From: Alphaproteobacteria bacterium
Lineage (GTDB): Bacteria; Pseudomonadota; Alphaproteobacteria; UBA828
Length of the DNA stretch: 30,529 nucleotides
Assembly (NCBI GenBank): GCA_965220745.1
Contig: CBDCQT010000009.1
Span: 1-30,529, forward strand
Direction of reading: 5' to 3'
Shown: positions 8,818 to 19,697 of the stretch, piece after piece
How the letters are laid out: every line of letters starts with the position of its first letter
Numbering within the stretch: the stretch's first letter is position 1
Position numbers and translations under genes: made by a program
Notes under the pieces: model-generated
The model's database searches: none
Told to the model about the DNA's origin: nothing
The model's input: only the letters and a program-made list of their open reading frames with translations

Positions 8818-9724
8818 GGTGCCGTCTCCCCCGGTGATGGTTGCCGACGGCGGAGACACGCTCCGCAGCGCCGCTCCCGCCGCCCCGGTCCCGGCCGACC
8901 TCACGCTCTCGGCGGCGCACGGCGCGGGCGCGACGAGGAACGGCTGATGGTGGCTGTCCGGACCCGCGTGTGTCGGTGATCGTCAGAAACGCGCACAGTC
9001 GATCATTCCGGCCGGCAGGGCGATGAGGCGCCCGCCGCCGGTTGGGCAGTTGGTGGCATCCCTCGGCCGTGGGCGAACGGCTCGGCGCAGCGACCGCCGA
9101 CGAGCCTTGGGGGCGGCGGCTATGTCCCGCCCACCGGAGGCATCCACAGGGCCGCTGGAGCGCCCCTGGTGCCGCTCCGCCGAGTCCGGCACCCTCAAAG
9201 CCCTGGTGGAGCGGCAGGCAGTGCCGGTCGCGCCGGCGGCGCTGAAGACCGAGCCGGCACCGCCATCGAACGAAGCGCATCCGGCGGGCGCAAGACGAAC
9301 GTGAGCTTGCACCCGGAGAGCACGGAGTCTACAGATCGGAGCGATGACGACGGACGCTCGGCTGGCGGATGCCGATGAACGAATTGCCGAAGCGGCGCCG
9401 CCGTTGCCGCTTGCGCCCGGCACCGGTAGAGGCCGGGCCGGTGCCGCCGTCCGTCACTTCCCTGTTGTCCGGTCACCGGGACGTTTTTCGGCCGGCCCGA
9501 CTGCGATCTCGCCCCGGCCGTCCCCTGACACGTTCGACATCGAGCGCGACGGCGCGACAGTTGACGCCATTGGCCGCGACCGCGCCAACACCGGTGCCAT
9601 GATCGTCGGCGAAGCCTCTGTCTTGGAGGCGGTCCCGGCCTCCACCGGAGAGCCTGAGCGGATCGTCAACGCCGGCACCGGGCGACGCTGAGCGCCGCGC
9701 TCTGCAGCGGGAGGACAGCTCGGA

Positions 9725-10491
9725 TTGAAGAGGATCACCGCAAACAGAATCCGTCGTGCGATCGGCGAGCCGTCCTACTCACGGGGCGAGAAGTATTTCG
9801 AACGCGGTCGGGTGCAAAACGTCCACTTCGAGGCGGACTCCAAGGTCATTGGCCTGGTATTGGGCAGCAACTCGCAGGTGTACGCGGTCTCGGCGAAATT
9901 CAGGTCGGATGCGAGCGCCTTCTCGCTTGAGGGGCGTTGCTCATGCCCGGTGGGCTACAACTGCAAGCATGTCGCGGCGGTGCTGCTTGCCGCGGCAAAC
10001 TCGATGGCGGATGGGATCGGCGATGACGGCGCGGCGACGTCCGTCGCCGTGTCGCACGAGGTCAGCCGGTGGCTGGATCTCTGGCCCAAGAAGCTCGGTA
10101 CTCCGTTGGAGGTTCGGCCGCCGGGCCTGCCGTCGCCGGGCCAGGATCATCTGTTCTACGTCATCCACCGGGACACGACGTACGGCATGCGCGTCTCGCC
10201 CTACCGGGCCTATCTGAAGAAGGACGGCACGATCGGCAGCAATTTCCGGAGTTTCGACCGGCGCTCCACCTGGACGCGGCGGAACCTGACCGTGCAGGAT
10301 GCGGGGCTGATCGGAAAGCTCGACTTTTTCTCCGACTACGGTTTCGACTCGAGCTACGACTGGCCGGAGGGCGACGCTCTGGTCGAACTCTTGCGCGAGA
10401 TCGTGGAGACGGGCCGCGCCCGGGCCCACGAAATCGACGGCGAGGCTCTCTGCTGGAGACCGCCGCGCCGCTGCAAGCTGGTCTGGAGTGT
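9725..10491 (+). pseudogene. 5' fragment of a SWIM zinc finger-SNF2 helicase gene, interrupted by IS66
   Basis: YSRGEKYFERGRV and SWIM motif CSCPVGYNCKHVAAVLL. GGAGG precedes a TTG start. Truncated at the IS end. Confidence 0.88.
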
Positions 10492-10571
10492 GTAACCGTT
10501 CGGGTCCAGGGGGATGAGGAGTTGGCTATCCGCTCGTTGGCAAGCTCACACCGGCGGCGGTAGGCGTGATT

Positions 10572-11453
10572 CTACCGATTGAGGGTGCGTTGCCAATCTT
10601 TTCGGAGGGTGCGGAGCCAGATGTCCTTTTTCGGCTGGGCTCGTTTCGAGTGCCTGTCGTAGCGGCCCCGGCCCTGGGTGGTGCCGACGCGGGTCCAGCC
10701 CGACGCCCGGTAGACGGCGCCGGTGTATCGCGGGGTCTCGACGAAGGTCTCGATCAGCACGGGGGTGGTGCCGTAGCGCTCGGTCCAGTCGGTGGGCAAG
10801 CGCCGGCGCACGATGGCGAGGATGTGCGAGCCGAGGTTGGGGATCTCGATCCAGGGCAATATCAGGAAGCGCGGGTTGTCGACCACGAGCGGCAGGTTCT
10901 TCTCGCGCATCTCCGGGGTCCACCCGATGAAGTTGTCGCGCGGGGCGAGCTTCCAGGCGGCGGTGGAGAAGCCGAGCATGGCGACGGGCCAGCCGTTTCG
11001 GTCATGGACGGCATAGCGCATCTGGGCGCCGACCAGGGTCTTGTGACCGAGGTAGTGGTAGCGGGCGACGAACTCGTTCCAGAGCCTGCCCTCCCGGGTG
11101 CTGTGCACGACGGTGCGGAAGTCGAGGGGGCGGACCTCGTCGAGGGTAGTCGGCGCGGGGAACAGCGGCGGCTCGGTGTCGGGTCCGAAGACGATGGGCT
11201 TGGGCCGGCCCCGCTGCCACCTGGGCGGCGGCAACTCGATGAGGCCGTCGCGGTGCATGGCCAGCATGGTGACGCGGGCCATCATGTCCTTCAGCCCGCC
11301 ATCGGGCTTGAGCCAGCCGATGCGCCGGCAGAACTCGATCGACAGGGCCCGGCGGGAGAGCGGGGCGGGACCGGCGATCAGCGCGCGCAACAGCGCCATT
11401 TCCTCGGTGGTGAAGTCGCGCCCGTAATAGCGGCACGCGGCCGCGCCGGTCAT
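10572..11453 (-). CDS. DUF4338 (Druantia DruA-like) domain protein
   Basis: RYYGRDFT, WNEFVARYHYLGH, AAWKLAPRDNFIGW, VVDNPRFLILPW, LIETFVE and YRASGWTRVGTTQGRG. The start overlaps the transposase stop (ATGA). Confidence 0.85.
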   Translation of the reverse strand: MTGAAACRYYGRDFTTEEMALLRALIAGPAPLSRRALSIEFCRRIGWLKPDGGLKDMMARVTMLAMHRDGLIELPPPRWQRGRPKPIVFGPDTEPPLFPAPTTLDEVRPLDFRTVVHSTREGRLWNEFVARYHYLGHKTLVGAQMRYAVHDRNGWPVAMLGFSTAAWKLAPRDNFIGWTPEMREKNLPLVVDNPRFLILPWIEIPNLGSHILAIVRRRLPTDWTERYGTTPVLIETFVETPRYTGAVYRASGWTRVGTTQGRGRYDRHSKRAQPKKDIWLRTLRKDWQRTLNR

Positions 11454-13615
11454 CCCGACGCCGCGAGTTCGCGCCGGCGCGCCTCGTTCATCGACCACGG
11501 CAGCCAGGGCGACAGGTCTTCCGGCGGCTCGCCGCCGTTCTCCGCGCACGCGGTCAGCCATTCCTTGAGCCAGCGCCGGACGTCGATGCCGTTGATCGCC
11601 AGCGTGCCGGCCACCGAGTACATCGTCGCCGTGAACCCGGCACCCTTCACGCTGTCCGAACCGAAGCATAATCGGCGCCCAATGACGAGTTCGCGCAGGG
11701 CAAGTTCGCCGCGGTTGTTGTCCATGGGCACGAACGGCTTGTCGACGAAGACGCACAGACCCTCGCGGTGGTTGAGAAGCGAGCGCAGCGGCTTGGCCCT
11801 GCGCGCCCTGTCCGTCAGTCCGGCCAGTTCCGCCTCGGCGGCTGCGAACAGCTCGTCGACCGCCTTCTTCAGTTTGGCGTGCGCGACGTCGAACGCCGGC
11901 GACTGTCGTTCGAGAGGGTGAGCGGGGTCGTAATGCTCCAGCCGCGCGTCGTTGAGCCGGTAGATCTCCGCGATCCGCTCGATCCATCTCTGGCACCAGC
12001 GCCTGAGCCGCACACGCCCGGCCGCGCAGTCGATGAACGAGCGCCTTTGATGCGCCCAGCACCATTGCAGGATCACCTTGCCGGCGAGATCGCGGGCCAG
12101 CTTCTTGTAGGTCGAGAGGCGGTCGCAGACCAGAACCATGATGCCCTTCGTCGAACCGAACAGCTTCATCGCAACCTCGGCGCTGCGCGAGGGATCGATG
12201 TGGAAGTAGACGGCGTCCGGGCTCACCGAGGTCCACAGCCAGGCGCGGCTCGAACGGCCTTCCTCGCGATAGGCCTGAACGCGCCAGGATGTTTCGTCGG
12301 CATGGCGCAGTGCCGCCTCGTTCTGGTGCGCGAGGATCGCCTCGGCCAACGGTTTGAACAGCGGCACGAAGCGCTTGATGCTGTCGGCCAGGGTCCCCGG
12401 CGAGATCGCCAGCCCCATGTCGGCCAGCCACGCCGCGACCCGATGCAGCGGCCGGCAGCAGACGAAGCGTTCATAGAGCATGCACGTCCAGACGCTGATC
12501 CCGTAGGGCGTGGTCTCGAACAACCGCGTCACCGGCGGCGCAGTCACCTCCCGCGGCGCGGAGGCGCAGTCGCAACTGCGGCGCCAGCGCGACCGGACGA
12601 TGGTGCGCTCGTAGGCCTCGACATCGATCTCGAAGAGGGTGGTGCAGCGCTCGCCGTTGGCGGCATAGGGCTTGCCGCAACGCGGGCAGATGCGCGCATC
12701 CTCCGGCGGGTCGCGCGGCTCCTTCTTCTGCCTGAGCCCGGCGCGCTGGGTGCGGCCGTGTCCGGCGGCGCCGCGCTGCTGGCCGCGCTTGCGCCCGGTG
12801 CCCGGCCTCTTCTGCCGCTCGCTTCTGCTGCCGTAGAGCGCCTTCGACAGGACGCTGCGGGTCGAGCGCAGCTTGTCGAGGTCGCCTTCCAGCTTCTCGA
12901 CACGCGCGGTCAGCGCCGCGTTCTCGCCCTTCAGATCCCGCACCTCGGCGCGCAGCCGGGTGTTCTTCTCCCGCAGCGATGCAATCAGCTCCGTGGCCCG
13001 AACGACCGCGGAACGCAGCCGGGCGTTGCGCTCGTGCAGCCACGCGATCGTGCCCTCCCGGACCCCTACCAGGCGCTTGGCCGCCGCGAGCCGCCGGTCG
13101 AACTGCTTTCGCAGAGATTCGGCCACGCGCTCGCCCTCGCGGTGCACCTTCGCGATCCGCGAGCGCTCCCGGTCGATGTCCTGCTTCAGCCAGTTGATCT
13201 CGTCCTGGTGGCGCACCTCGATGCGCTCCCGGCGCTCGTCAGACCTGCGCAACGAGAGGTAAAGATCGGCGATCTCGTCGTCCTGGGACTCAACCCTGCG
13301 CTCCAACGCCTTCATGGCCCGCGACGCGGTCTTCGGTGCGGCCACCTTGAGCTTGAACCGGCAGGTGTCGAGCCGCCTCGTCAGCGAGTCCGCAACCGCT
13401 CGGGCGTCCCTCTCCGATTGACGCAGTTCCTCGCGGCGCACCTCCGCCACAGCCGCGCGGCCCCGTTCCTCCTCGACGCGTGCCTCTGCCTCTTCAAGCA
13501 GAGACGCCCAGTCCGGCGGCTCGCACGCCGGCACCACGATGGCAGGCGACCACAGGGTGTCGCCGCCCTCGGCAGGCGTCAGGTCGGTGCAGATATCCGC
13601 GTCGAGAACCGCCAT
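11450..13615 (-). CDS. tnpC: IS66-family DDE transposase (TnpC) with a long N-terminal coiled coil
   Basis: LYGSRSER, CPRCG zinc finger, HADETSW, VLVCDRLSTY, CWAHQRRSF and MDNNRGELALR. Confidence 0.92.
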   Translation of the reverse strand: MAVLDADICTDLTPAEGGDTLWSPAIVVPACEPPDWASLLEEAEARVEEERGRAAVAEVRREELRQSERDARAVADSLTRRLDTCRFKLKVAAPKTASRAMKALERRVESQDDEIADLYLSLRRSDERRERIEVRHQDEINWLKQDIDRERSRIAKVHREGERVAESLRKQFDRRLAAAKRLVGVREGTIAWLHERNARLRSAVVRATELIASLREKNTRLRAEVRDLKGENAALTARVEKLEGDLDKLRSTRSVLSKALYGSRSERQKRPGTGRKRGQQRGAAGHGRTQRAGLRQKKEPRDPPEDARICPRCGKPYAANGERCTTLFEIDVEAYERTIVRSRWRRSCDCASAPREVTAPPVTRLFETTPYGISVWTCMLYERFVCCRPLHRVAAWLADMGLAISPGTLADSIKRFVPLFKPLAEAILAHQNEAALRHADETSWRVQAYREEGRSSRAWLWTSVSPDAVYFHIDPSRSAEVAMKLFGSTKGIMVLVCDRLSTYKKLARDLAGKVILQWCWAHQRRSFIDCAAGRVRLRRWCQRWIERIAEIYRLNDARLEHYDPAHPLERQSPAFDVAHAKLKKAVDELFAAAEAELAGLTDRARRAKPLRSLLNHREGLCVFVDKPFVPMDNNRGELALRELVIGRRLCFGSDSVKGAGFTATMYSVAGTLAINGIDVRRWLKEWLTACAENGGEPPEDLSPWLPWSMNEARRRELAASG

Positions 13616-13706
13616 GCGCGAGACGGTAGCGCATGCGCGAACTAGTTACCAGCGAAAACCAGTGAAAAGCTACGATCCCCCTGGACCCGAACGGTTACTG
13701 GAGTGT

Positions 13707-16335
13707 CGGCGCAGACGGTGAACAGCGCCTCATGGCACACGATGCCGCCGGGGCCATTCTGACGCTGCTGCCGTTTCCGACCCCGCTATTCCTCGATGAA
13801 GGGACCGGCGAGACCGGCGTCGCGGAAACGGAGCTGTCTCCTCACATGCTGTCGTGGTTGGCCGACGCGCCGGAGGTGCCGCATGAATCGGTTGGCGCGG
13901 TCGAGGCCAAGCTGTCGCGGATCGGCCAGCGCTCGCCCGTGCCCAGGCTGCATCGTGTAGAGCCGCGCACCGACGTTGCGCCGAAGCCTGTGCTGATCCT
14001 GTACGGCCGAGAGCAGAACGCCAGGCGCTGGAATGCCGGGGAAGACCGCAGCGGGCCCGGCGAGGACCTTTCTGCCGTCTTTCCCTGTGCCCTCCTGGAG
14101 ATTGCCTACGACGGCGTCGAGCGAAGGCTGCGCCCCGGCACGCCCGGTAACCACTTGAGCGACGCGCATCCAGGCGGCGATTCCCCGGTCGTCGTCCGGC
14201 GCGATCCTGAGCTGGAATCAGAATACCGGCGGGCGTTCGTGACGGCAGCGAAGCGCCATGGCGGCAAGCATCCTGACGCGTTGCGCTTCGACATCTCGCC
14301 ACCCGCCGGAGTGCAGGACGCCGATATCGTCTTCGGGCCGCTCCGGCCGGGCGAAGATGAAGAAGTTCCGGGAGGTCTCGACTTCGCCGGGCAGGAGGTT
14401 CCCGCTCTGCGCGCCGGGGGCTGGCGCGTCGAGATCGACAAGACCTGGCCGTTTCGCATCTACGAGGGGCCCGTCGCGTTCACGACCTCCCTGGAAGCGT
14501 CTGATTCCGACTGGTTCTCGCTTGCCCTTTGGCTTGAGGCGAACGGGCGGAAGTTCGCCGTCGCGCCGATCGTGCTGCAGTTTGTCGAGACGTTGCCGGT
14601 GGACGACCTGGGGCGGCTGGAAGAGGGCTTCGACGTCGAGAGGCATCTCGCGGGCCGGATGTTCTATGCCCGCTTCGAGGACGGGAGCTATCTCGCGATC
14701 GACGGCGCGCGGTTTGCGCGGTTCGCCGAGGCGTTCCTGGAAGCGCAGGGGCTGATCGGTTTCCATCCTGCGGAGGCGCGGCGCCTGTTCGAGTTGGCCG
14801 AGGCGCTGGAGGGCTGCGGCGCGCCGTGGACGGGCAGGCGCGAGCTGCTCGATCTCGGGGCCCGGCTGCGGTCCCTCGCAGAGGCGCCGGAAGTGCCGGT
14901 CCCCGGCGCGCTGCACGGCGAACTGCGCCCCTACCAGCGCGTCGGCTACGGCTGGCTCAAGCTGCTTTCGGAATGCGGCTTCGGCGGTGTGCTGGCCGAC
15001 GACATGGGGCTGGGCAAGACCGTGCAGACCCTGGCCTTGCTGGCGCACCGGCATCTCGAAGAGAAGACCGATCGCCCGAGCATTCTCGTGGTGCCGACCA
15101 GCCTGGTCGGCAACTGGCGGCGGGAAGCCGCCCGCTTCACGCCCGACCTGAAGCTCCTGGTCCTTCATGGGCCGGGCCGGCTCAGGCACTTCGGCGCCAT
15201 TCCCGAGCACCATCTGGTGGTCACCACCTACCCGCTGGTCAATCGCGATCACGAGGCGCTGTTCCGCCATGAGTATGACACCGCCGTGCTGGACGAGGCG
15301 CAGACGGTGAAGAACCCGGCGGCCGGGATCACCAAGCGCATCCGCGGCATCCGCGCGCGTCAGCGACTGGCGCTGACCGGAACGCCGATCGAGAACAGTC
15401 TCCAGGAGCTGTGGTCGCTCTACGACTGGCTGATCCCCGGCCTGCTGGGAAACCGCAAGTCCTTCGCGAAGCACTATCGCACGCCCATCGAGAAGGAGGG
15501 AGACCGGGCGAAGCAGCGCCTGCTGTCCACCCGGATCAAGCCCTTCCTGTTGCGGCGCACCAAGGAGGAGGTTGCCGCCGAGTTGCCGGAGAAGACCGTG
15601 ATCGACGAGTTGATCCCGCTCGAAGAGGGCCAGGCCGCTCTGTACGAGAGCATCAGGGCGGCAATGGATGCACGGATCCGCGAGGCCATCGCAGAGCGGG
15701 GCCTGGACGCATCGCGCATCACGATCCTCGATGCGCTGCTGAAGCTGCGCCAGGTCTGTTGCGACCCGCGTCTCGTCAAGCTGGACGCGGCCCGCAAGGT
15801 GGTGGAAAGCGCCAAGCGGGCGCGGCTGCTTGCGCTTCTGGAGGAACTCGTCGCCGAGGGGCGGCGGGTCCTGATCTTCTCCCAGTTCGTCGAGATGCTG
15901 CGCCTCGTGGAGGCCGATGTCGCGGCCCGCGGCTGGGACTACGCCATGCTGCATGGAAGCACGCAGGACCGGGACGCTCAGATCGCGAGCTTCCAGTCGG
16001 GAGCGCTGCCGCTCTTCCTGATCAGCCTCAAGGCGGGAGGCACGGGCCTCAACCTGACGGCGGCCGATACCGTGATCGTCTACGATCCGTGGTGGAACCC
16101 GGCGGTGGAACGCCAAGCCATGGACCGGGCGCACCGGATCGGCCAGGACAAGCCCGTGTTCGTTCTTCGCCTGATCGCCGAGCACACCGTCGAGACCGCC
16201 ATCCACAAGATGCAGCTGCGCAAGCAGGCCCTGGCCGACGCTTTGTTCGAGGGAACCGCCGGCGGTCCTCTGACACTCAGCGACGGGGATATCGATTCGC
16301 TCTTCGGTGCCTCGCCTGCCGCACCTTCGAGTTGA
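13707..16335 (+). pseudogene. 3' part of the SWIM-SNF2 helicase gene (complete SNF2 ATPase and helicase-C domains; open ORF 13732..16335)
   Basis: LRPYQ, LADDMGLGKT, VLDEAQ, LTGTPIEN, LKLRQVC, SLKAGGTGLNL and QAMDRAHRIGQ. In frame with 9725..10491 once the IS and one TSD are removed. Confidence 0.92.
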
Positions 16336-16519
16336 GGATGAGCGATGGCCCGGCAGAAGGGGGAAGGCGGTGGCGAAACCGACCTGCCGAGTTCGTTGTT
16401 GTGCGACGGGCTCGGCCCACCTCGCCGCAGAGCGCTGATCGGCGCCGCCGCTCACCGGCGACGAGCGTTCGGAGACGACCTATTCCCGCGATTGCCCGGG
16501 TCAGTTCAGTGGCACAGGC

Positions 16520-16744
16520 TCAGTCATCGGTGCCGAATAGTCGGCGACAAGCCTCTTCCGCCTCTTGCAAGCCGGCTTCCGTGAACACGACCGACTTGGC
16601 CTTGGTAGCGGGATTCGAAATCAGGCCCTTGCGGTGAAGCCGGTCCGTGGCATCCCAGTCGAAGGACTTCCACGCGCGCACCCCGTCATGAAGGCCCAGG
16701 TAAAGCAACGCCAGGACGGCCTCGTCGATCTTGGCCTCGTTCAT
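16520..16744 (-). CDS. DUF6429-like small protein
   Basis: IDEAVLALLYL..RAWKSFDWDATDRLHRKGLISNP..KAKSVVFTEAG pattern. Confidence 0.8.
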   Translation of the reverse strand: MNEAKIDEAVLALLYLGLHDGVRAWKSFDWDATDRLHRKGLISNPATKAKSVVFTEAGLQEAEEACRRLFGTDD

Positions 16745-16873
16745 GGGGGATCCACTCTGCGGACCGGACTGTTGGTGACCGGACAGGGCGCGCGCCCGGC
16801 CGTGTGGGCAGTGACGGCGATAGGTGTGGCTGGCGCAAGCTGCGGCTCACCCCGCGTTCACCGCGTGGTGCAG

Positions 16874-17185
16874 CTACACGAGCTTGATGAGCGCCACGAT
16901 CAGGGCCACGGCGCCCACCATCATCGCACCCAGGCGAACGGTCATGCGCTGCTCAAGCTCGCGCATCTCGCCTCGCACCGCCTTGATATCAGCCCGCAGT
17001 ACAGTCTCGGTCTTCTCCAGGTCGCCGCGCAGCACCTCAAGGTCGGCCTTGGTGGCAAGCGTCTCGCCCATGCCTTCGGCGAAGGTGTCGACGAGGATCG
17101 CGGCCTGCTTCTCGTCGAAGCCGCCTTCGTCGCGCAGCTTGCGCGCCGCCCTGAGCGTGTCGAACGCCACCATCATGACGCTCAT
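16874..17185 (-). CDS. DUF1640/CCDC90-like coiled-coil protein with a C-terminal membrane anchor
   Basis: AFDTLRAARKL...GFDEKQA..LATKADL, a coiled coil and hydrophobic tail LGAMMVGAVALIVALIKLV. Confidence 0.82.
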   Translation of the reverse strand: MSVMMVAFDTLRAARKLRDEGGFDEKQAAILVDTFAEGMGETLATKADLEVLRGDLEKTETVLRADIKAVRGEMRELEQRMTVRLGAMMVGAVALIVALIKLV

Positions 17186-17365
17186 CCTATCGCCGTCGCC
17201 GGCGGGCGCAACCGCACGCCAGCCACCATGCGCGCAGCGGACGCCGTCGCGCCGGCCTGACCGGCCGCACCGCCCCGCCGCGGCGAAGGCGTTCCGGCGC
17301 GGGCCGTTTTGATTCCGGTTTCGGGGGCGCCGTCGGCGGGCTCTTACAGGGTTTCGGCCCGAATC

Positions 17366-17429
17366 GCTACGGGTTGCTACGCGGGGCTACGCTGGGCTTG
17401 GAATTCACTCGCTTCCGAAGTGATGACGG
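17366..17429 (-). other. Putative integrase arm/att-like site A
   Basis: GCTACG x3 at 17366, 17376 and 17386. The reverse complement aligns without gaps to 27538..27590 at 36/53 nt. Confidence 0.55.
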
Positions 17430-18512
17430 CGGGCTTTTTCAGAGTCAGCGAGAGTCCGGTAGACAGCAGAAGACGGGCTCGAAGGGTGGGAGGGAAATAA
17501 CGCTATGTCAGTGGCTTAGAGAGTCTCCCGGCGGGTGAAAGTGGGGTGTAGCGAATGTCCTAACGCCCCTGTGGCCCCCAGGCTCTCCTCTGCTTGAAGA
17601 GGCCTCAGCCCGAGGCCTCGCTGGGTTCATCAATTCGGCCGTCAACGTACCTGACGACTCGGCAACTGTCCATAGCCCATGAACTTCACCACATCACCCC
17701 AAAGTTGTCCACTCAAGAGATGTGCCTCGGCAGGCCGAATACCCGACCCATGCGGCGATGAACCATGCTGCGTTCCCGATCCCGTCCGGGGCTTCCGCCC
17801 CCGTCGTTGCAGCCTCCCTGCACGTCACCGCGACATCCTCCGTGCCGCTCAACGTGCCGGGACGAATTCTCGCCACAATTCCGCAGCCTTTGCAAGCCCG
17901 AAATTCATGCCGCGAGACAATGGCTTGGGGTTAAAGCGTGCAACAGGCATCGGCACTTCATGCCCCACCACCACGCAATCGTCATGCGGCTCTGGCGCGG
18001 CGTCCTCAAGGGCTGCGCTCGCATCGGCAACCCGGATCGCCTGTATCGCCGCAGCCTGCGGGCCGCCGGCACACCGATGGCGCGCCCCCATATAAAGGTG
18101 TCGGCGTACTGGCCGAGCGTGGTGGAGCCGCCGCTCGGCTGCCAGGACCCGGATGATTTTTTCGTCGTCCTCAATTGTTTGAACGCGGCGGGCGAGCGCC
18201 CGCGCGCGCCCGAGCCAGGCGGCAGCGGGGCTTGCATTCTTCGTCGCCATGCCGCGGTTTTGATGCCGGCGGCTTCCGGAGAGCACCCGGCCGCGGCGGC
18301 GAATTCCGCCATCAGGGCGCGCCACGGCGCGTCGCAATTGGCTCGTCCCGGCGCCATCGGCTTCATCGGCCATGCCGCCGCCCTGAACCCGGAAGTGCGT
18401 CCGGTACTCGACGGCCGGCGATTGCCTCTCGCACGCACGCCCTCCGCGTAGCAAGATGGGACCTTCCCGGAACGGCAGCCGACGCCGAACGACTTCAGGG
18501 AGCATCAACAGC

Positions 18513-19499
18513 ATGAGAGCAACGTTGATAGTGTTCGCGGCCGTTCTCGCGACCGGAGGGTGCCACCTGGTCGGGGACTCGGACCCGATGACCGAGGAGA
18601 TGGAGGAGGGACTCATCGACTTCTCCCGAACGACGTCGTTCGACGGCGACAAGCTCACCGTATTCGTGCGTGACGGAGAAGACGGGAAGCTGCACCTGAA
18701 CACGGCGCGCGACGCAGTGGAGACGAACGAGTTCCGCCCTCAAATCCCGAACCACTCCGGCCGGTCCTGGGTGCTGCGCAACGCCGCCCACGAGAGCACC
18801 ACGCAGGTCTACGCGCTTGTAAGCTGGAACAACGAGAACCCCGCCGACTATCTCGCCGCCGGGTGGTGGCTGCACCAGGGGGAGGGACAACAGCGCCTCG
18901 AAAGGGTCATCTTCGTCGACGGCCCCGAGATCGACCCGCTATTGAACCCGCCCGATCTGCCGGTGACGGGTAGGGCGCGCTACGTCGGGCGCAGCAGCGG
19001 GATATTCGGCTACGCCTTCGGCTCGGACTGGGCCGAGCTGGAGGGCGGCTACACGTACGACGCATACCGGGGGACCATGGACGTGGTCGCAGACTTCGAG
19101 GCCGGCACGCTCGGCGGGTGCCTGGGTTGCACGGGCGACCTCGTCGCCGACCGCACGCACCTCGAATACCGCTTCGAGCAGCTCCCGGAGCAGTACCTGC
19201 CGAAGGCGGATGCTCCGATGAAGGACTACGAGATCCACTTCGCACCCGTGGCGTACAACGCCGACGGCAGCTTCGAGACCGAGTTCGACAGCGCTGCGGC
19301 GAGCGTGCGCCATCCTGAGCGCGAAGTGACGGGGTCGCACGGCTTCTGGGGCGGGAGCCTTTCGGCCTTCGACGACGCGGCCGGCACCCCGAGGCTGATC
19401 GCGGGTTTCAAGGATGCGGGCTTCGAGGAGGAGGATGGGAGCCGGGGGTTCTTCTGGGGTGTGTTCACCGTGCTGAGCGAGAGCTTCGGAACGGAGTGA
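18513..19499 (+). CDS. Lipoprotein with a TbpB-like handle/barrel (probable Slam substrate)
   Basis: Signal peptide ending LATGG-C. DYLAAGWW, LPVTGRARYVG and VVADFEAGTLGG motifs are typical of TbpB-like domains. Confidence 0.75.
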   Translation: MRATLIVFAAVLATGGCHLVGDSDPMTEEMEEGLIDFSRTTSFDGDKLTVFVRDGEDGKLHLNTARDAVETNEFRPQIPNHSGRSWVLRNAAHESTTQVYALVSWNNENPADYLAAGWWLHQGEGQQRLERVIFVDGPEIDPLLNPPDLPVTGRARYVGRSSGIFGYAFGSDWAELEGGYTYDAYRGTMDVVADFEAGTLGGCLGCTGDLVADRTHLEYRFEQLPEQYLPKADAPMKDYEIHFAPVAYNADGSFETEFDSAAASVRHPEREVTGSHGFWGGSLSAFDDAAGTPRLIAGFKDAGFEEEDGSRGFFWGVFTVLSESFGTE

Positions 19500-19697
19500 C
19501 GGGCCCCGGACGGCCCCGACGATCAGGGCGAACTCGTCTGCCAAGGCCATGATCGCCGCGCTCACATGACCCGCTCATCCGACCCTCTGTGACGACCCTC
19601 CGCGCCATGGAATTCTGGCCTCCCACCACGCCCTCGGATACCATCGCCGGCGACGGTTGCAGCATGAGCACGCGGCCGCCCCGAAGAGGACGCGGCC

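Larger units (their letters stand above)
10492..13698 (-). mobile_element. IS66-family element (3207 bp) with a DUF4338 passenger gene
   Basis: 24-bp perfect terminal IRs GTAACCGTTCGGGTCCAGGGGGAT (10492..10515 and 13675..13698). 8-bp target duplication TGGAGTGT (10484..10491 and 13699..13706). Confidence 0.95.

Noticed and set aside
8900-9700. Short ORFs between the backbone and the SWIM gene
   Set aside because: Low-complexity Ala/Arg/Pro translations with no family signal.
11454-12431. N-terminal extension of the DUF4338 ORF (619 aa in the track)
   Set aside because: Out-of-frame overlap with the transposase; the domain begins at the ATGA-coupled start at 11453.
10572-16335. Complete Druantia system (DruA plus helicase)
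   Set aside because: DUF4338 is inside the IS. The helicase is a SWIM-SNF2 target gene rather than DruE, and no DruB-D genes are seen.
16443-16488. Further possible integrase-tail traces (here on the + strand; also ~24085..24115)
   Set aside because: They need gaps or reach only ~60% identity over fewer than 30 nt, which is indistinguishable from chance by eye.
17500-17680. tRNA/att target or CRISPR array in AT-richer intergenic stretches
   Set aside because: No cloverleaf or T-loop signature and no regularly spaced repeat-spacer units, here or elsewhere in the window.
17679-18451. ORFs between site A and the lipoprotein
   Set aside because: Several overlapping frames with no recognisable motif or clear RBS; possibly a decayed gene, but not supportable.
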